Source: Candidatus Aminicenantes bacterium (lineage in GTDB: Bacteria > Acidobacteriota > Aminicenantia > Aminicenantales > JAFGBC01). From it: 64,000 bases of DNA. Made by a program: the position numbers and the translations under genes. The first letter of the stretch is position 1, and every line of letters begins with the position of its first letter. The notes below the pieces were generated by a model. It was not told where the DNA came from. It did not search any database and was given only the letters and a program-made list of their open reading frames with translations. Below are positions 18,812-29,107 of the stretch, in pieces. Where the stretch lies: assembly GCA_963702005.1 (NCBI GenBank), contig OY969696.1, forward strand, positions 1,952,001 through 2,016,000, read 5' to 3'.

Positions 18812-20722
18812 TCACCCGAAACGGCCGACGATCGTCAGGTTTTGGTGGTTGCAGATGTCCTTGGCCTCGGGCGTAAATAAGAAGTCGATCCGGCTCTTGT
18901 AGAAATCGGCGATCCGGCCCCTAACCATCTTGAGGGTCGAGTTGAGGTGGCGGTTCTGCTCCGTGAATCCCTCGCCCAGCACGGCCACGGCCGCCGGCAG
19001 CCAGCGCTGCGGGAACATGCCCTCGAACCGGCCGCCCGTCCGGTAAGCGTCGATCTCGCCTTCGAGGAGCCTGAGGGCCGCGATTTGTCCGTCCTTGGTC
19101 CGCGTCGAAAGGCCGCGTTCCTGGAGCCGGCCTACAATCGCCTCCTTGTTCGGCACGAGAAGAGCGACCGTGTAGGGCGACTGATTGTTGTAGAGCATGA
19201 GCTGGTCGATATAGGGCGAGTTCTCGGTGATGGCCTCCTCGATGACCTCGGGGCTGTACTTTTCGCCGTCGTTGGCGATGAGGAGGCTCTTGGCCCGGCC
19301 CACGATATAGAGAAATCCGTCTTCGTCCATGTAGCCGAGGTCTCCGGTGTAGAGCCAGCCGTTCCGCAGCGCTTCCGCCGTCGCCTTCTCGTTCTTCCAG
19401 TAACCGGCCATGACGTTTTCGCCCCGGACGACGATTTCGCCTTGCCGGCCGGCCTCGAGGGAATTCCCGGCCTCGTCGCAGATCTTGATCTCGATGCCCT
19501 CGGCGACCTTTCCCGATGAACCGAGCTTATGGGCTTTGGGAGAATTGGCCGATATGACGGGCGCGGCCTCGGTCAGTCCGTAGCCCTGGAACATGGGGAT
19601 CCCGATCGCGTAAAAGAAGCGCTGGAGCTCGATGTCGAGGAGGGCGCCGCCGCCGACGAAGAACTCGAGACGGCCCCCAAAGTTCTCGCGGATCTTTTTG
19701 AAGATGAGCTTGTCGTAGAGGAGATAGAACGGCTTCTTGAGAGCCCGCCGCCCCTGGCCCCGGTTCCAGCCTTCGCCGTTGTATTCGTAAGCGAGCTCGA
19801 GGGCGTGCCGAAACATCCTTTCGATCTTGGGTCCCTTGTCCCGGATCGCCTTTTCGATCCCGCGCCGGAAGTTCTTGGCCAAGGCCGGGACGCTCATCAG
19901 GATGTAGGGCCGGACCTCCTTGATGTTGACGGGGACGTTCTTAAGAGTTTCGAGCGCCGACCGGCCGGCTTGGACCGAGGCCAACGCAGCGCCGGCCTTC
20001 ATGAAGTTGTAGATCCCGGTCGTGTGGCCGAAGGCGTGGTCCCAGGGGAGGACGAGAAGCGTCACGTAGTATTCGGGGCAGTCGACGAGCGAGGCGCCCT
20101 GTTCAACGTTGGCCGTGTAGTTGCGGTGGGTCAGGATGATGCCTTTGGGGTCGGCCGTCGTCCCCGACGTGTAGCAGATGTTGGCGTAGTCGTCCTCCCG
20201 GATCGAACGCCAGCGGCTCTCGAATTCGGCGCCGTGATCCTTGAGCCGATCCCGGCCGAGCGCGAGGACGTCGTCGCGGAAGACCTCGTCGGGCTCGAAA
20301 AGGTTCAGTCGGTCGAAGACGACGGTCCGCTGCAGGTCGGACAGGTCGTGCTTGATCTTGCGGATTTTCTCGACCTGGCCCTGGGAGACGAGGACCATCT
20401 TGCAGCCCGAATGGGCGAGCCGGAACTTAAGGTCCGAGACCTCATCGACCTTGACCGAGATCGGGACGTTGACGGCCCCGGCGTAGAGGATCCCCAGCTC
20501 GCCCATGACCCAATCGTTGCGGCCTTCCGAGATCAGGGCGGCCCGGTCGCCCTTGCGGAGGCCGAGGCTGATGAGGCCGGCCGCGAACTCATGGACGAGC
20601 GTCCGCATCTCGGTGTAGGTCGCCCCCTGATAGCGGTCGCCCCGCTTTTCCCACATGTAGACGTTGTCGGGAAAGGCCTTGACGCTGTCTTCGAAAAGTT
20701 GAGGCAGAGTGCGCTGGGCCAT
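18812..20722 (-). CDS. Long-chain fatty-acid--CoA ligase (AMP-binding)
   Basis: YTSGTTADPKG, QGYGLTE, GWLYTGDLG. Confidence 0.9.
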   Translation of the reverse strand: MAQRTLPQLFEDSVKAFPDNVYMWEKRGDRYQGATYTEMRTLVHEFAAGLISLGLRKGDRAALISEGRNDWVMGELGILYAGAVNVPISVKVDEVSDLKFRLAHSGCKMVLVSQGQVEKIRKIKHDLSDLQRTVVFDRLNLFEPDEVFRDDVLALGRDRLKDHGAEFESRWRSIREDDYANICYTSGTTADPKGIILTHRNYTANVEQGASLVDCPEYYVTLLVLPWDHAFGHTTGIYNFMKAGAALASVQAGRSALETLKNVPVNIKEVRPYILMSVPALAKNFRRGIEKAIRDKGPKIERMFRHALELAYEYNGEGWNRGQGRRALKKPFYLLYDKLIFKKIRENFGGRLEFFVGGGALLDIELQRFFYAIGIPMFQGYGLTEAAPVISANSPKAHKLGSSGKVAEGIEIKICDEAGNSLEAGRQGEIVVRGENVMAGYWKNEKATAEALRNGWLYTGDLGYMDEDGFLYIVGRAKSLLIANDGEKYSPEVIEEAITENSPYIDQLMLYNNQSPYTVALLVPNKEAIVGRLQERGLSTRTKDGQIAALRLLEGEIDAYRTGGRFEGMFPQRWLPAAVAVLGEGFTEQNRHLNSTLKMVRGRIADFYKSRIDFLFTPEAKDICNHQNLTIVGRFG

Positions 20723-20782
20723 GATCGCCCTCCTATCCCCAAATGTCTTTATACAGCGAGGATACCCCAGCCTTATGCAAAA

Positions 20783-20843
20783 AGTCAAAATTGGTGACAA
20801 GTCAATAGTCAAAATTGGTGACAGACATCTATTTTCCGAATTT
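20783..20843. repeat. 17-bp direct repeat overlapping a 32-bp two-armed REP-like or recombination-like site
   Basis: AGTCAAAATTGGTGACA at 20783 and 20807; AAATTGGTGACA-GACATCTA-TTTTCCGAATTT related to 35180-35210. Confidence 0.55.
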
Positions 20844-20886
20844 CCTTTCCGGAGTCCTAGCGCTTATAATAATCCGTACTCAATGA

Positions 20887-20997
20887 TGACCCGTTCGCCG
20901 ACGCCAAGCCCCGCCTTTCAAGGCGGGGTTGAGAGCGAGGCTCAGGGTTAATCATGAACAAGCCCCGGCCTTCAGGCCGGGGAGTCGATGATTTGAC
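20887..20997 (+). repeat. Hairpin element copy B
   Basis: CCCCGCCTTTCAAGGCGGGG and CCCCGGCCTTCAGGCCGGGG hairpins; ends in TTGAC. Confidence 0.8.
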
Positions 20998-21042
20998 TGT
21001 CTTCAGGTTCGAAGTGCACGGCTCTAGGAGGGATGATTGATT

Positions 21043-22593
21043 ATGAAACCGCATCGCTTCATCCGGACCTGGGTATTGTTGTTTGCCGTCGCGCTGGGCG
21101 CCTTTCCGCTACGCGGCGAAACCGCTAAACTCTCCCGGGACGCTCTCCGGGACAAGATCAGGGGCGGCTGGGCGGGACAGGTCATCGGCTGCACCTTCGG
21201 CGGTCCGACCGAGTTCCGTTTCCAGTCAACCTTCATTCCCGATTATCAGCCGTTGGTTTGGCGCGACGACGCTCCGCGCTGGTGGTACGAGAACGCGCCC
21301 GGCCTTTACGACGACGTCTACATGGACTTGACCTTCGTCGAAATCCTGGAGAAGGAGGGCCTGGACGCGCCCGCCGCGTCGTTCGCCAAAGCCTTCGCCG
21401 GCGCGGCCTTCCCGCTCTGGCACGCCAACCAGGCCGCCCGCTACAACATCCTCCACGGGATTCTCCCTCCAGACTCGGGATATTGGCTCAACAATCCTCA
21501 CGCCGACGATATCGACTTCCAGATCGAGGCCGATTTCGCCGGTCTCATGTCGCCCGGCCTGCCCGCCGCGGCCGCCGCGGTTTGCGACAAGGTCGGCCAT
21601 ATCATGAACTCCGGCGACGGCTGGTACGGCGGGGTTTATGTCGCGACCATGTACTCACTGGCGTTCGTGAGGAACGACGTCCACCGGATCGTGAGCGAAG
21701 CCCTGGCCGCAATCCCCGAACAGAGCGCTTTCGCCCGGACGATTCGGGACGTCATCCGTAGCCACGACCGAAATCCGTCCGACTGGAAAGAAGCCTGGTT
21801 CAAGATCCAGAGGACGTGGGGCGAAGACGTCGGCTGTCCTGACGGGGTCTTTACGCCGTTCAACATCGATTCCAAGATCAACGCGGCCTGGGTCATAATC
21901 GGGCTTCTCTACGGAGACGGCGACTTCGGGAAGACGCTCGAGATCGCCACGCGCTGCGGAGACGACTCGGACTGCAATCCGGCCAGCGCGGGCGGCATCC
22001 TGGGGACTATACTCGGATATAATCATATCCCCGCCGAATGGACGCGGGGTCTCGCCGCCGTCGAAGACAGAGCTTTCTCTTTCACGACGCTCTCGCTCCG
22101 CGACGCCACCGAGCTGAGCTTCAAGCACGCCCTCAAGGTCATCGAGCGGAACGGGGGAGAGGCTTCCGGGACGGAGGTCGTGATCCCGGTTCGGCCGATC
22201 GAACCCGTCCGGCTCGAGCGGAATTTCGAGGGGCACTATCCGGCCGAGCGCAGGCGACTCAACACCGTCCTCGAGGACGAATTCGCGTTCGATTTCGAAG
22301 GGATCGGTTTTGCCCTGACCGGCGGCATCACTCAGAAAGCCGGCTTGAAAGACTCGCCAGTAACGGTCTCGGTTCAGATGGACATTGACGGCCGGAAGGT
22401 CGAGGTTGTGGATCTGCCCGTCGCGGACCTCCATCGTCGGGAGACGTTGTTCTGGAAGTACGCCCTGCCGCCCGGTTCGCACCGAGTCCGCTTCAAGATT
22501 TTAAGCCCGCGGTCCGCGGCCGAGATCTCGCTCGGCGACCTGGTCGTCTATCGGGAGAAGCCGGTCACGCCGAAAGCCGGCTCTATTTTCTGA
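21043..22593 (+). CDS. Secreted ADP-ribosylglycohydrolase-family protein
   Basis: DKIRGGWAG...G, DDVYMD, CGDDSDCNPASAGGILG. Confidence 0.85.
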   Translation: MKPHRFIRTWVLLFAVALGAFPLRGETAKLSRDALRDKIRGGWAGQVIGCTFGGPTEFRFQSTFIPDYQPLVWRDDAPRWWYENAPGLYDDVYMDLTFVEILEKEGLDAPAASFAKAFAGAAFPLWHANQAARYNILHGILPPDSGYWLNNPHADDIDFQIEADFAGLMSPGLPAAAAAVCDKVGHIMNSGDGWYGGVYVATMYSLAFVRNDVHRIVSEALAAIPEQSAFARTIRDVIRSHDRNPSDWKEAWFKIQRTWGEDVGCPDGVFTPFNIDSKINAAWVIIGLLYGDGDFGKTLEIATRCGDDSDCNPASAGGILGTILGYNHIPAEWTRGLAAVEDRAFSFTTLSLRDATELSFKHALKVIERNGGEASGTEVVIPVRPIEPVRLERNFEGHYPAERRRLNTVLEDEFAFDFEGIGFALTGGITQKAGLKDSPVTVSVQMDIDGRKVEVVDLPVADLHRRETLFWKYALPPGSHRVRFKILSPRSAAEISLGDLVVYREKPVTPKAGSIF

Positions 22594-24367
22594 CGGCGAT
22601 CAGCCCTTCCGTGCCGAGTTTGAGAATCATCCGGCCGTCCGCGCCCGCCTCAAACCTAAGAGGCTTGGAGGGCCTCAGGCCTCCATCCCACGACGCGAAG
22701 TCCGTCCCCCCCACGGGCACGAAACGGAGCCGGATCGGCAGCCCCCGCATCGACATGCCCAAGAGCCTGGCCTCCTGATCCGCGGCCCAGACATAAGTCC
22801 GCTCCGCGGCGCCCTTCTCGCAGATGAAGCGGACGACCGTTTCGTCCCGCTCCGTGGTTCGGGCCGTGCCCAGGATTTCGTGTCGCAGGATGCGGCCGTT
22901 TCGTCCTTCGATCATCCCGGTGATTTCTCCCCAGCGCTCGCGAAGCCGGTCGAGCGCGGCGCGTCCGCCGTAGGCTTCAAACTGAGGCTTGAAATTTCCG
23001 GCCCGGTTGGCCGCGATGATTTTGTCCATAAGCATGTTGAGACGATCAAACCGTCCGGGCGGAACGGCTTCCACGGAATGGAGGATCGAGAAGGCCTTCT
23101 GTCCCTCGGGCTCGAGGACGAGGGCCTTCCCCTCGACGGTCACCTGGTATTGCCCGTCCTTCCCCGCCAGGACATAGGAACCGGCCAGGGATTTCAGGAT
23201 ATCCTCCGGCGCGTCCTTCACGTCCGGGATCTCGGGGTAGGGGCGGCCGCCCAGAAAGCGCGCTCCGATTTTCTCCAGAAGCCCGTTCGCGCCCGGGGCA
23301 TCGGCGATGACGTTGGTCATGAGAAAAACGACGAGTCCCGCGTCGGGAACGATCGCCAAGTCGGCGAAGAAGATTCCGTTTCCGCCGTTGTGGGTGATGA
23401 CCTTGAAGCCGCCCGGACCGGCGGGCAGGATCGACCAGCCGTAGCCGTAGAACGTATCGCCGCCCTCGCTGACATAGGGCGTCCAGCATTTTTTCATGGA
23501 TTCCGGCGACAGGATCTTTCCCCCCGTCAGGGCGAGGGCCCAGCGGAGCATGTCGTAGCAGGTGGAGTGGGTCCCGCCGTTGGCCCGCAGCGCCCAGTAA
23601 GGGCCGTCCTTATCCATGGGCCGGCCTAGGATCGTTCCCCACAACTCGGTCCCGCGATAGCCTTGCGCGATCCGGCCCTCCCCCCAGCGGGGCAGGAGGG
23701 TGCCCGTCTCGTACATCCCGCAGGGCAGGAACAGCTTTTCCCGAACGAACGATTCGTAGCTCCGGCCCGAAAGCCGCTCGACGATGGCCCCGAGCAGGCT
23801 GAAGTTCGCGTTGGCGTATTCGTAGCCTTTCCCGGGAGGGAAGGCGAGCTTTTGAGCTAGGACCTTGCGAACATAATCTTCGCGGCCGATCGGGTCGTAA
23901 TCGCCGATCTCTTCCGGATCCAGGAGTCCCGAGGAATGGGTGAGCAGATGGTGGAGCGTGATCCCGGCTTTATCGGCGGGGACGTCCTGGAAATAGGAGG
24001 AAATCGGGTCCGTGACGCGGAGGCGCCCTTCCTCTTTGAGCTTCAGGATGGCGGCCGCCGTAAATTGTTTTGTGATCGATCCTATGCAGGAGACGGTGGC
24101 CGGCGTCCAGGGCAAGCCGCGCTCCCGGTCGGCCAGGCCATAGCCCTCGGCCAGCAAGGGCGCTCCTTCCCTCGCGACAAGAACGACCCCGGCGAAACCG
24201 AGCTTTGCCAGCCGACCGAGATAGGCTCCGGTGTCCACGACCGCCGTCCCATCCTTGTCGGCGACGGCGCCTGGAGCGGCCCGCTGGGTTTCCGCTTGCG
24301 CGCCGAGGATGAACGGACAGATCGCGATCAACGCGGCGGCCCAAAATTCCGGCACGCTTCTTTTCAT
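22583..24367 (-). CDS. Serine hydrolase, class C beta-lactamase-like
   Basis: SITK (SxxK), LLTHSSG, YAN, HNGG motifs; signal peptide. Confidence 0.85.
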   Translation of the reverse strand: MKRSVPEFWAAALIAICPFILGAQAETQRAAPGAVADKDGTAVVDTGAYLGRLAKLGFAGVVLVAREGAPLLAEGYGLADRERGLPWTPATVSCIGSITKQFTAAAILKLKEEGRLRVTDPISSYFQDVPADKAGITLHHLLTHSSGLLDPEEIGDYDPIGREDYVRKVLAQKLAFPPGKGYEYANANFSLLGAIVERLSGRSYESFVREKLFLPCGMYETGTLLPRWGEGRIAQGYRGTELWGTILGRPMDKDGPYWALRANGGTHSTCYDMLRWALALTGGKILSPESMKKCWTPYVSEGGDTFYGYGWSILPAGPGGFKVITHNGGNGIFFADLAIVPDAGLVVFLMTNVIADAPGANGLLEKIGARFLGGRPYPEIPDVKDAPEDILKSLAGSYVLAGKDGQYQVTVEGKALVLEPEGQKAFSILHSVEAVPPGRFDRLNMLMDKIIAANRAGNFKPQFEAYGGRAALDRLRERWGEITGMIEGRNGRILRHEILGTARTTERDETVVRFICEKGAAERTYVWAADQEARLLGMSMRGLPIRLRFVPVGGTDFASWDGGLRPSKPLRFEAGADGRMILKLGTEGLIAVRK

Positions 24368-24448
24368 CTTCTCCTCCTGGCTCCGGACAGATAACTTCAT
24401 CAGTATAACATTCCCGCGGCCGAATTGGATTCATACCCCGGCCGTTCT

Positions 24449-24491
24449 TGACCCGTTCGGGGTTGACATCGGCCGGAAGCGCAGATACCAT
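24449..24491 (+). promoter_or_regulatory. Minimal (empty) hairpin element F fused to a sigma70-like promoter
   Basis: TGACCCGTTC joined to GGGGTTGAC (the two ends of copy A); TTGACA-17 nt-TACCAT. Confidence 0.6.
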
Positions 24492-24586
24492 CTTTTCAAG
24501 CTGGGTTGCATCCCCCGGGATTTATTTCGGGCTCGAGGGACAGGGGAGTCGTGAGCGTCGATTAAGCCTGAGGAGGAGTGATCATC

Positions 24587-26585
24587 ATGACAAAAGCCTT
24601 CTCGTTATTTTTAGCGGGTTTCTTGTCGCTTATCGGGCCGGCCGCGCTTTCGCGCGAAAGCCGGGGCCTCACCGAGACCGGTTTCCCGGGCCGCGATTCG
24701 GCCGCCGTCTGGCAGCAGCTCGGGCCCAATGGGGGGGAGATCAAGGCCGTCGTCTCCAATCCCCAGAACAAATCCGAGCTCTGGGCCATGACCGGCTCCA
24801 ACCCGGCGCTCTTCTTCAGGTCGACCGACTCGGGAGCGACCTGGAAGAGGATCGCCGTTGCGAAAGAGGCCTTACAAAGTTTTGTCGCCCACCCCGCGAA
24901 CGGCGCCCTCTACGCGCTGGGCGACATGACCATCTATAAGTCCACGGACCACGGCGTCAACTGGACGGCCTATTCCCTTGGGGATAAAAACTACGGATGG
25001 GGGGGTAGGATTGCCGCTCATCCCACCAACCCGAACGTGCTGTTCGTCGCCGGCTACCACGAGCAGGCCAACGGCCACCGGATTATGGCCTTTCTGAAAT
25101 CGGCCGACACCGGCAAGACCTGGACCTGCCAGCTTCTCGAAACCAGCTCCCTCAACGGCTATCTGAGAGCGCTGGCTGTGTCCCCCGCGAACCCGAACAT
25201 TCTGCTGGCGTCGGGACATTTCACCGATTCGAGCCTGGTCACCCATTACCGGATCTATAAGAGCCTGAACGGCGGAAAGACCTGGGCGAATAAAACTGGT
25301 GCGATCTCCGAGCTCGTCCGGGAGATCGTGGCCCATCCGACCAACCCCAACGCGTTTTATGCCGCCACGGACTCCAACATCTGGCGGACATCGAACGGCG
25401 CGGCCCTCTGGACGAAGAACAACGGCTACGCCAGGGGATATTGCTTGACCCTCGACGCCGCCCGGCCCGCGGTCCTCTATGCGGGGTCCGACGCCGAGGT
25501 CTTCCGGAGCTCGAACGGCGGGTTGGACTGGGAGGAGTCGATCACGGGAATCTTCGGGAGCATCTATGTCATCACGATTCTTCCGGCCAAGGTTCTCTGC
25601 GGATCGTCGGCCGGGGTCTTCGCGAGCGCGGTCGGGTCCGGGCGGGACTCTTGGCCCTCCTGGACGCCGGCCTCGAAGGGCATGCGAGCCGCCCTGATGA
25701 GAAATATCGTCGTGGCCCCTTCGTCCCCGAACATCCTTTACGCGACGCTGTACACTTACGGCATCTTCAAGAGCCTCAACGCAGGCTCGACCTGGCAGCC
25801 GCTGACGGGGCTCTATGCCGCCGGCTGCGCGTCCCGGCTCGCCGTCCATCCATCCCAGTCGGGCGTTATTTACGTGATGTTCGATGTTCTGGGGAGCCGA
25901 TCCCTTCTATAGAAGTAAGGACGGCGGCAAGACCTGGACGTTGCTGATGTCGGACGAATGCCGCGATTTCGTCCTGAGTCCGAAGAATCCCGACCATATC
26001 TTCATCGCCGGCCAGACGACGTCCGGCTCGGACACCGTCATGGCCCTCCATCGGTCCCTGGACGGCGGCGCCCATTGGAGCCACCCGGCGCTGTCGTCGG
26101 CGGCGGGAAGCTGTGGATACGCCGTTGCCGTCGATCCCAAGGACGACGCTATCGTCTACCTGGGCGGGGACAGCTCCGGAAGCGCGGCGCTCTTCAAGTC
26201 GACAAACCAGGGAGAGGGCTGGGCGAATATCACGGGCGAGCTCACCGGGAGGGTCGTGGATATCGCCATCGATCCCAAGAACACGAGCAGGGTCTACGTT
26301 GCGACCCTTGACGGAGTCTGGAAGAGCGAGAACGGAGGGGCGTCCTGGACGAGCAGCTACGGCGCCGGTATCGGCTCCCTGTTCATCCATCCAACAGCCA
26401 CCAATATCATCTATGCCGCCGGATACTACGGAATCTTTGTGAGCAAGAATTACGGGGCGACTTGGGCCGCCTTCGACCAGGGGCTGACCGTGAAGACCAA
26501 CGTCGTCCAGCTAGACATCAATAAGGCGACCCAAACGCTCTTCGCGGCCTGCTACGGCGGCAGCGTCTGTAAGCGCAAACTCTAA
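24587..26585 (+). pseudogene. Secreted BNR/VPS10-like beta-propeller protein, frameshifted
   Basis: SxDxGxTW repeats continue across ORFs 24587-25912 and 25884-26585; GATGTTC duplicated at 25876-25889. Confidence 0.8.
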
Positions 26586-26650
26586 GGGTCAAACCTACAC
26601 TTTAGCACTTAGTGCATATGCACTTTGTGCTAAAGTGTAGGTTTGACCCT
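26585..26650. repeat. 66-bp near-perfect palindrome (REP-like) between convergent genes
   Basis: 24-bp perfect arms AGGGTCAAACCTACACTTTAGCAC, a TT/TT mismatch and inner AGTGCATATGCACT. Confidence 0.85.
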
Positions 26651-26667
26651 GATCGGCTGATCGGGCT

Positions 26668-27927
26668 TTAAAAATCAAAATCAAGCAATAGAGTGAAGAG
26701 ATTGTCCTTCGTAGGCTCTATGACGCCGATCGTGCGACGGGAATATTCGGCATGGAGGGCGACGTTGACGGCCGACCAGCTCCCTAGATAGTAACGGACC
26801 AGAGCCGAGAAGGCGTTCAGCCGCTGGGGTTCGGCGCCGGCGGGCGGCCGGACCCAATTGTACATCAACGAGGCGATCAGGCGGTTGTCGGCCAGACCGG
26901 TCCAGTCGAGCTGGGCGATTCCTCCCCAGAACTTATAGTCTTGGGCGGGGTCGATGTCGTTGAAAATCTTGTCGTCCACCCCGCGGAAGGCCATTGCCTG
27001 CAGATTGAAGGCCTTCCAATTCAGGCTCAGGCTTCCGCCCAGCCGGTAGAAGTTCTTGTTCTTCTCGCCGTTGATGTCTCCGACCGGCGAGACGTCGGAC
27101 GAAAGGAATTCGGTCGGCTGCCAACCGTAATAGCCGAAGACGGCGATGCGCTGCCCGGCCGATTGGCCCTCACCCCGGCCGATGGTCTGGGACAGGACGC
27201 AATAGACATCCTTGTAGGAGTTGTTATCGGGATTGGCGCCGTTGCCGTTGACGTAGCCCAGCCCGTATTTGAAGCCGCCCCGGAAATGTCCGGTGGCCTC
27301 GATCCCGAGCTGGTTGGCGGAATAATCGAAGCCGTTCAGCCCCCCGACGAAATTGTAGATCTCGAACGGCTGGAGGATGTAATAGAGACGCTTGGAGCTG
27401 AGCAGTTGGAAGGACGGCTCGAAGCGGCCGATGCGCAGGTTGAGTTTGTCCCGGATCAGGTTGCTGAAAATGAGGCTGGCCGACTCGACCGCCGCCAGTT
27501 GGGCCGGATTATCGCCCGAGCCCGGGCCGTGGAAATCGGCCGCCGGCTCGTCGATGCGCGGGGTGTAGACGAACAGGAACGAGATATTCTTGTGGAGGAC
27601 GCCCGCCGCCAGCAGGTCCAGGCCGTAGATGTGGAAGCCGGCCATCGTGCCCTTCCCGGCTTCATAGAGGGAATAGCCCGTGGTCGTCCGCACGGCGATC
27701 GGAACGGCGGTCTCGAAGACGGTCTTCTCCAGGCCCGCTTGACCGGGGATCTGGTAGCCGTTGTCGCGGAAGCGCTGGCCGAAATCGTTCAACTTGGGAA
27801 ATGCGACGTGGCACATGTTGCAGTTGAAGCCGTACTTGCGGGCGAAGGCCGGGATGGCCGACAGGCTCTGGCTGAAGAGGAGAAGCGCCGCGGCGGCGCA
27901 GACGGTGATGGTCAAGGTTCTTTTCAT
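26668..27927 (-). CDS. Cyc2-like monoheme cytochrome c fused to an outer-membrane porin
   Basis: Signal peptide, AIPAFARKY-x3-CNMCH-x3-PKL..FG..F...GY, beta-barrel pattern, terminal Phe. Confidence 0.75.
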   Translation of the reverse strand: MKRTLTITVCAAAALLLFSQSLSAIPAFARKYGFNCNMCHVAFPKLNDFGQRFRDNGYQIPGQAGLEKTVFETAVPIAVRTTTGYSLYEAGKGTMAGFHIYGLDLLAAGVLHKNISFLFVYTPRIDEPAADFHGPGSGDNPAQLAAVESASLIFSNLIRDKLNLRIGRFEPSFQLLSSKRLYYILQPFEIYNFVGGLNGFDYSANQLGIEATGHFRGGFKYGLGYVNGNGANPDNNSYKDVYCVLSQTIGRGEGQSAGQRIAVFGYYGWQPTEFLSSDVSPVGDINGEKNKNFYRLGGSLSLNWKAFNLQAMAFRGVDDKIFNDIDPAQDYKFWGGIAQLDWTGLADNRLIASLMYNWVRPPAGAEPQRLNAFSALVRYYLGSWSAVNVALHAEYSRRTIGVIEPTKDNLFTLLLDFDF

Positions 27928-27937
27928 GGCCTTCTCC

Positions 27938-29056
27938 TCACTTCCCCGGCTTCTTGTGGTGAGGCGGTTTGGCCTCGTGATGATTCGGCTTGACTCCGAG
28001 CTGAATCGGTTTGACGTCGGCGACTTCGGGGTTGAGGCTGGTCAAGGCTTTGATGAAGGCCACCAGGGCTGCTTCCTCCGTCCGGGTCAAGCCCAGCGGG
28101 ACCATGAGGGGATCCAAATTGGGATCCTTGCCGCCGCCCCGGTCGTAGAACACGATCAACGCTTCCAGCGTTTTTTCCGATCCGTCGTGAAGGTAGGGAG
28201 CCCTTAGGGCCGCGTCCCGGACGGTTGGGGTTTTGAAGGCGCCCATGTCGCGCGGGTCTTTAGTCACGGCGTAGCGCCCCTGATCGGGATTCTTGGGGTC
28301 CTTGTGCGGCACGCCGAGATTGTGGAAACGGCCGTCGCTGAAATAAGGGCCCCAGTGGCAGGCCGTGCAGTGGCCCTTGCCGTTGAAGATCTCGAGCCCC
28401 TGCTTTTCCGGCTTGGTCAGGGCCTGCTGATCGCCGCGCACGTAGCGATCGAAGCGGGAATCCGTGGTGACCACCGTGCGCTCGAAAGCGGCGATGGCGT
28501 CGGCGACCTGCTGGACCGTGATCGGTCCCTCCCCGAACACTTCCTTGAACAGTTTGACGTAGCCGGGAATGTCGGCGACGGTGCGGATCATCGCTTCGTG
28601 GGTGTTGCCCATCTCGATGGGATTCTGGATCGGCCCCTTGGCTTGATCTTCGAGCGAGGGGGAGCGCCCATCCCAGAACTGGAGCGGGCTGTAGGCGGCG
28701 TTGGAGACCGGCGGGGCGCGGCGGCCGCCCATCTGGCCTTTGATGCCTTTGCTGGTCGGCCCGGCGTCGGACCAGCCCAGGGCCGGGTTGTGGCAGGAGG
28801 CGCAGCTGACCGTGCTGTCGCTCGATAGGCGCGCGTCGAAATAGAGCATCTTGCCCAGCAGAATCTTGGCGCTCGACTGCGGGTTGGAGGGGGGGATGAC
28901 GACGGGCGGCAGCGGGCCCAGCCGCTGGGGGCCGAGCTGCTGGCAGTTGACCTTCGTGATCGGAGGCGTTTGGTCTTCGGCCGACAGCCGGATAACGCCC
29001 CAGCCGGCCAAGACCAGGCAGACGGGAAGAATCATCCACCACGTTTTCTTTTTCAT
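27938..29056 (-). CDS. Diheme cytochrome c peroxidase/MauG-family protein
   Basis: LGKMLYFDARLS...CASCH, QFWDGR..LEDQA.GP..NP.EM, CTACH, FKTPTVR, APYLHDG. Confidence 0.9.
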   Translation of the reverse strand: MKKKTWWMILPVCLVLAGWGVIRLSAEDQTPPITKVNCQQLGPQRLGPLPPVVIPPSNPQSSAKILLGKMLYFDARLSSDSTVSCASCHNPALGWSDAGPTSKGIKGQMGGRRAPPVSNAAYSPLQFWDGRSPSLEDQAKGPIQNPIEMGNTHEAMIRTVADIPGYVKLFKEVFGEGPITVQQVADAIAAFERTVVTTDSRFDRYVRGDQQALTKPEKQGLEIFNGKGHCTACHWGPYFSDGRFHNLGVPHKDPKNPDQGRYAVTKDPRDMGAFKTPTVRDAALRAPYLHDGSEKTLEALIVFYDRGGGKDPNLDPLMVPLGLTRTEEAALVAFIKALTSLNPEVADVKPIQLGVKPNHHEAKPPHHKKPGK

Positions 29057-29107
29057 GTTTGCCCTCTTTTTAGGCCTCCTTAATATTTTATCAGTACGCA
29101 AAAAAAA

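Noticed and set aside
21043-22593. ADP-ribosylglycohydrolase considered as a defence or antitoxin module
   Set aside because: It has a signal peptide and no neighbouring ADP-ribosyltransferase, which fits a secreted hydrolase
22583-24367. Beta-lactamase-like gene considered as a resistance determinant
   Set aside because: Generic serine hydrolase motifs with an extra C-terminal region and no resistance context
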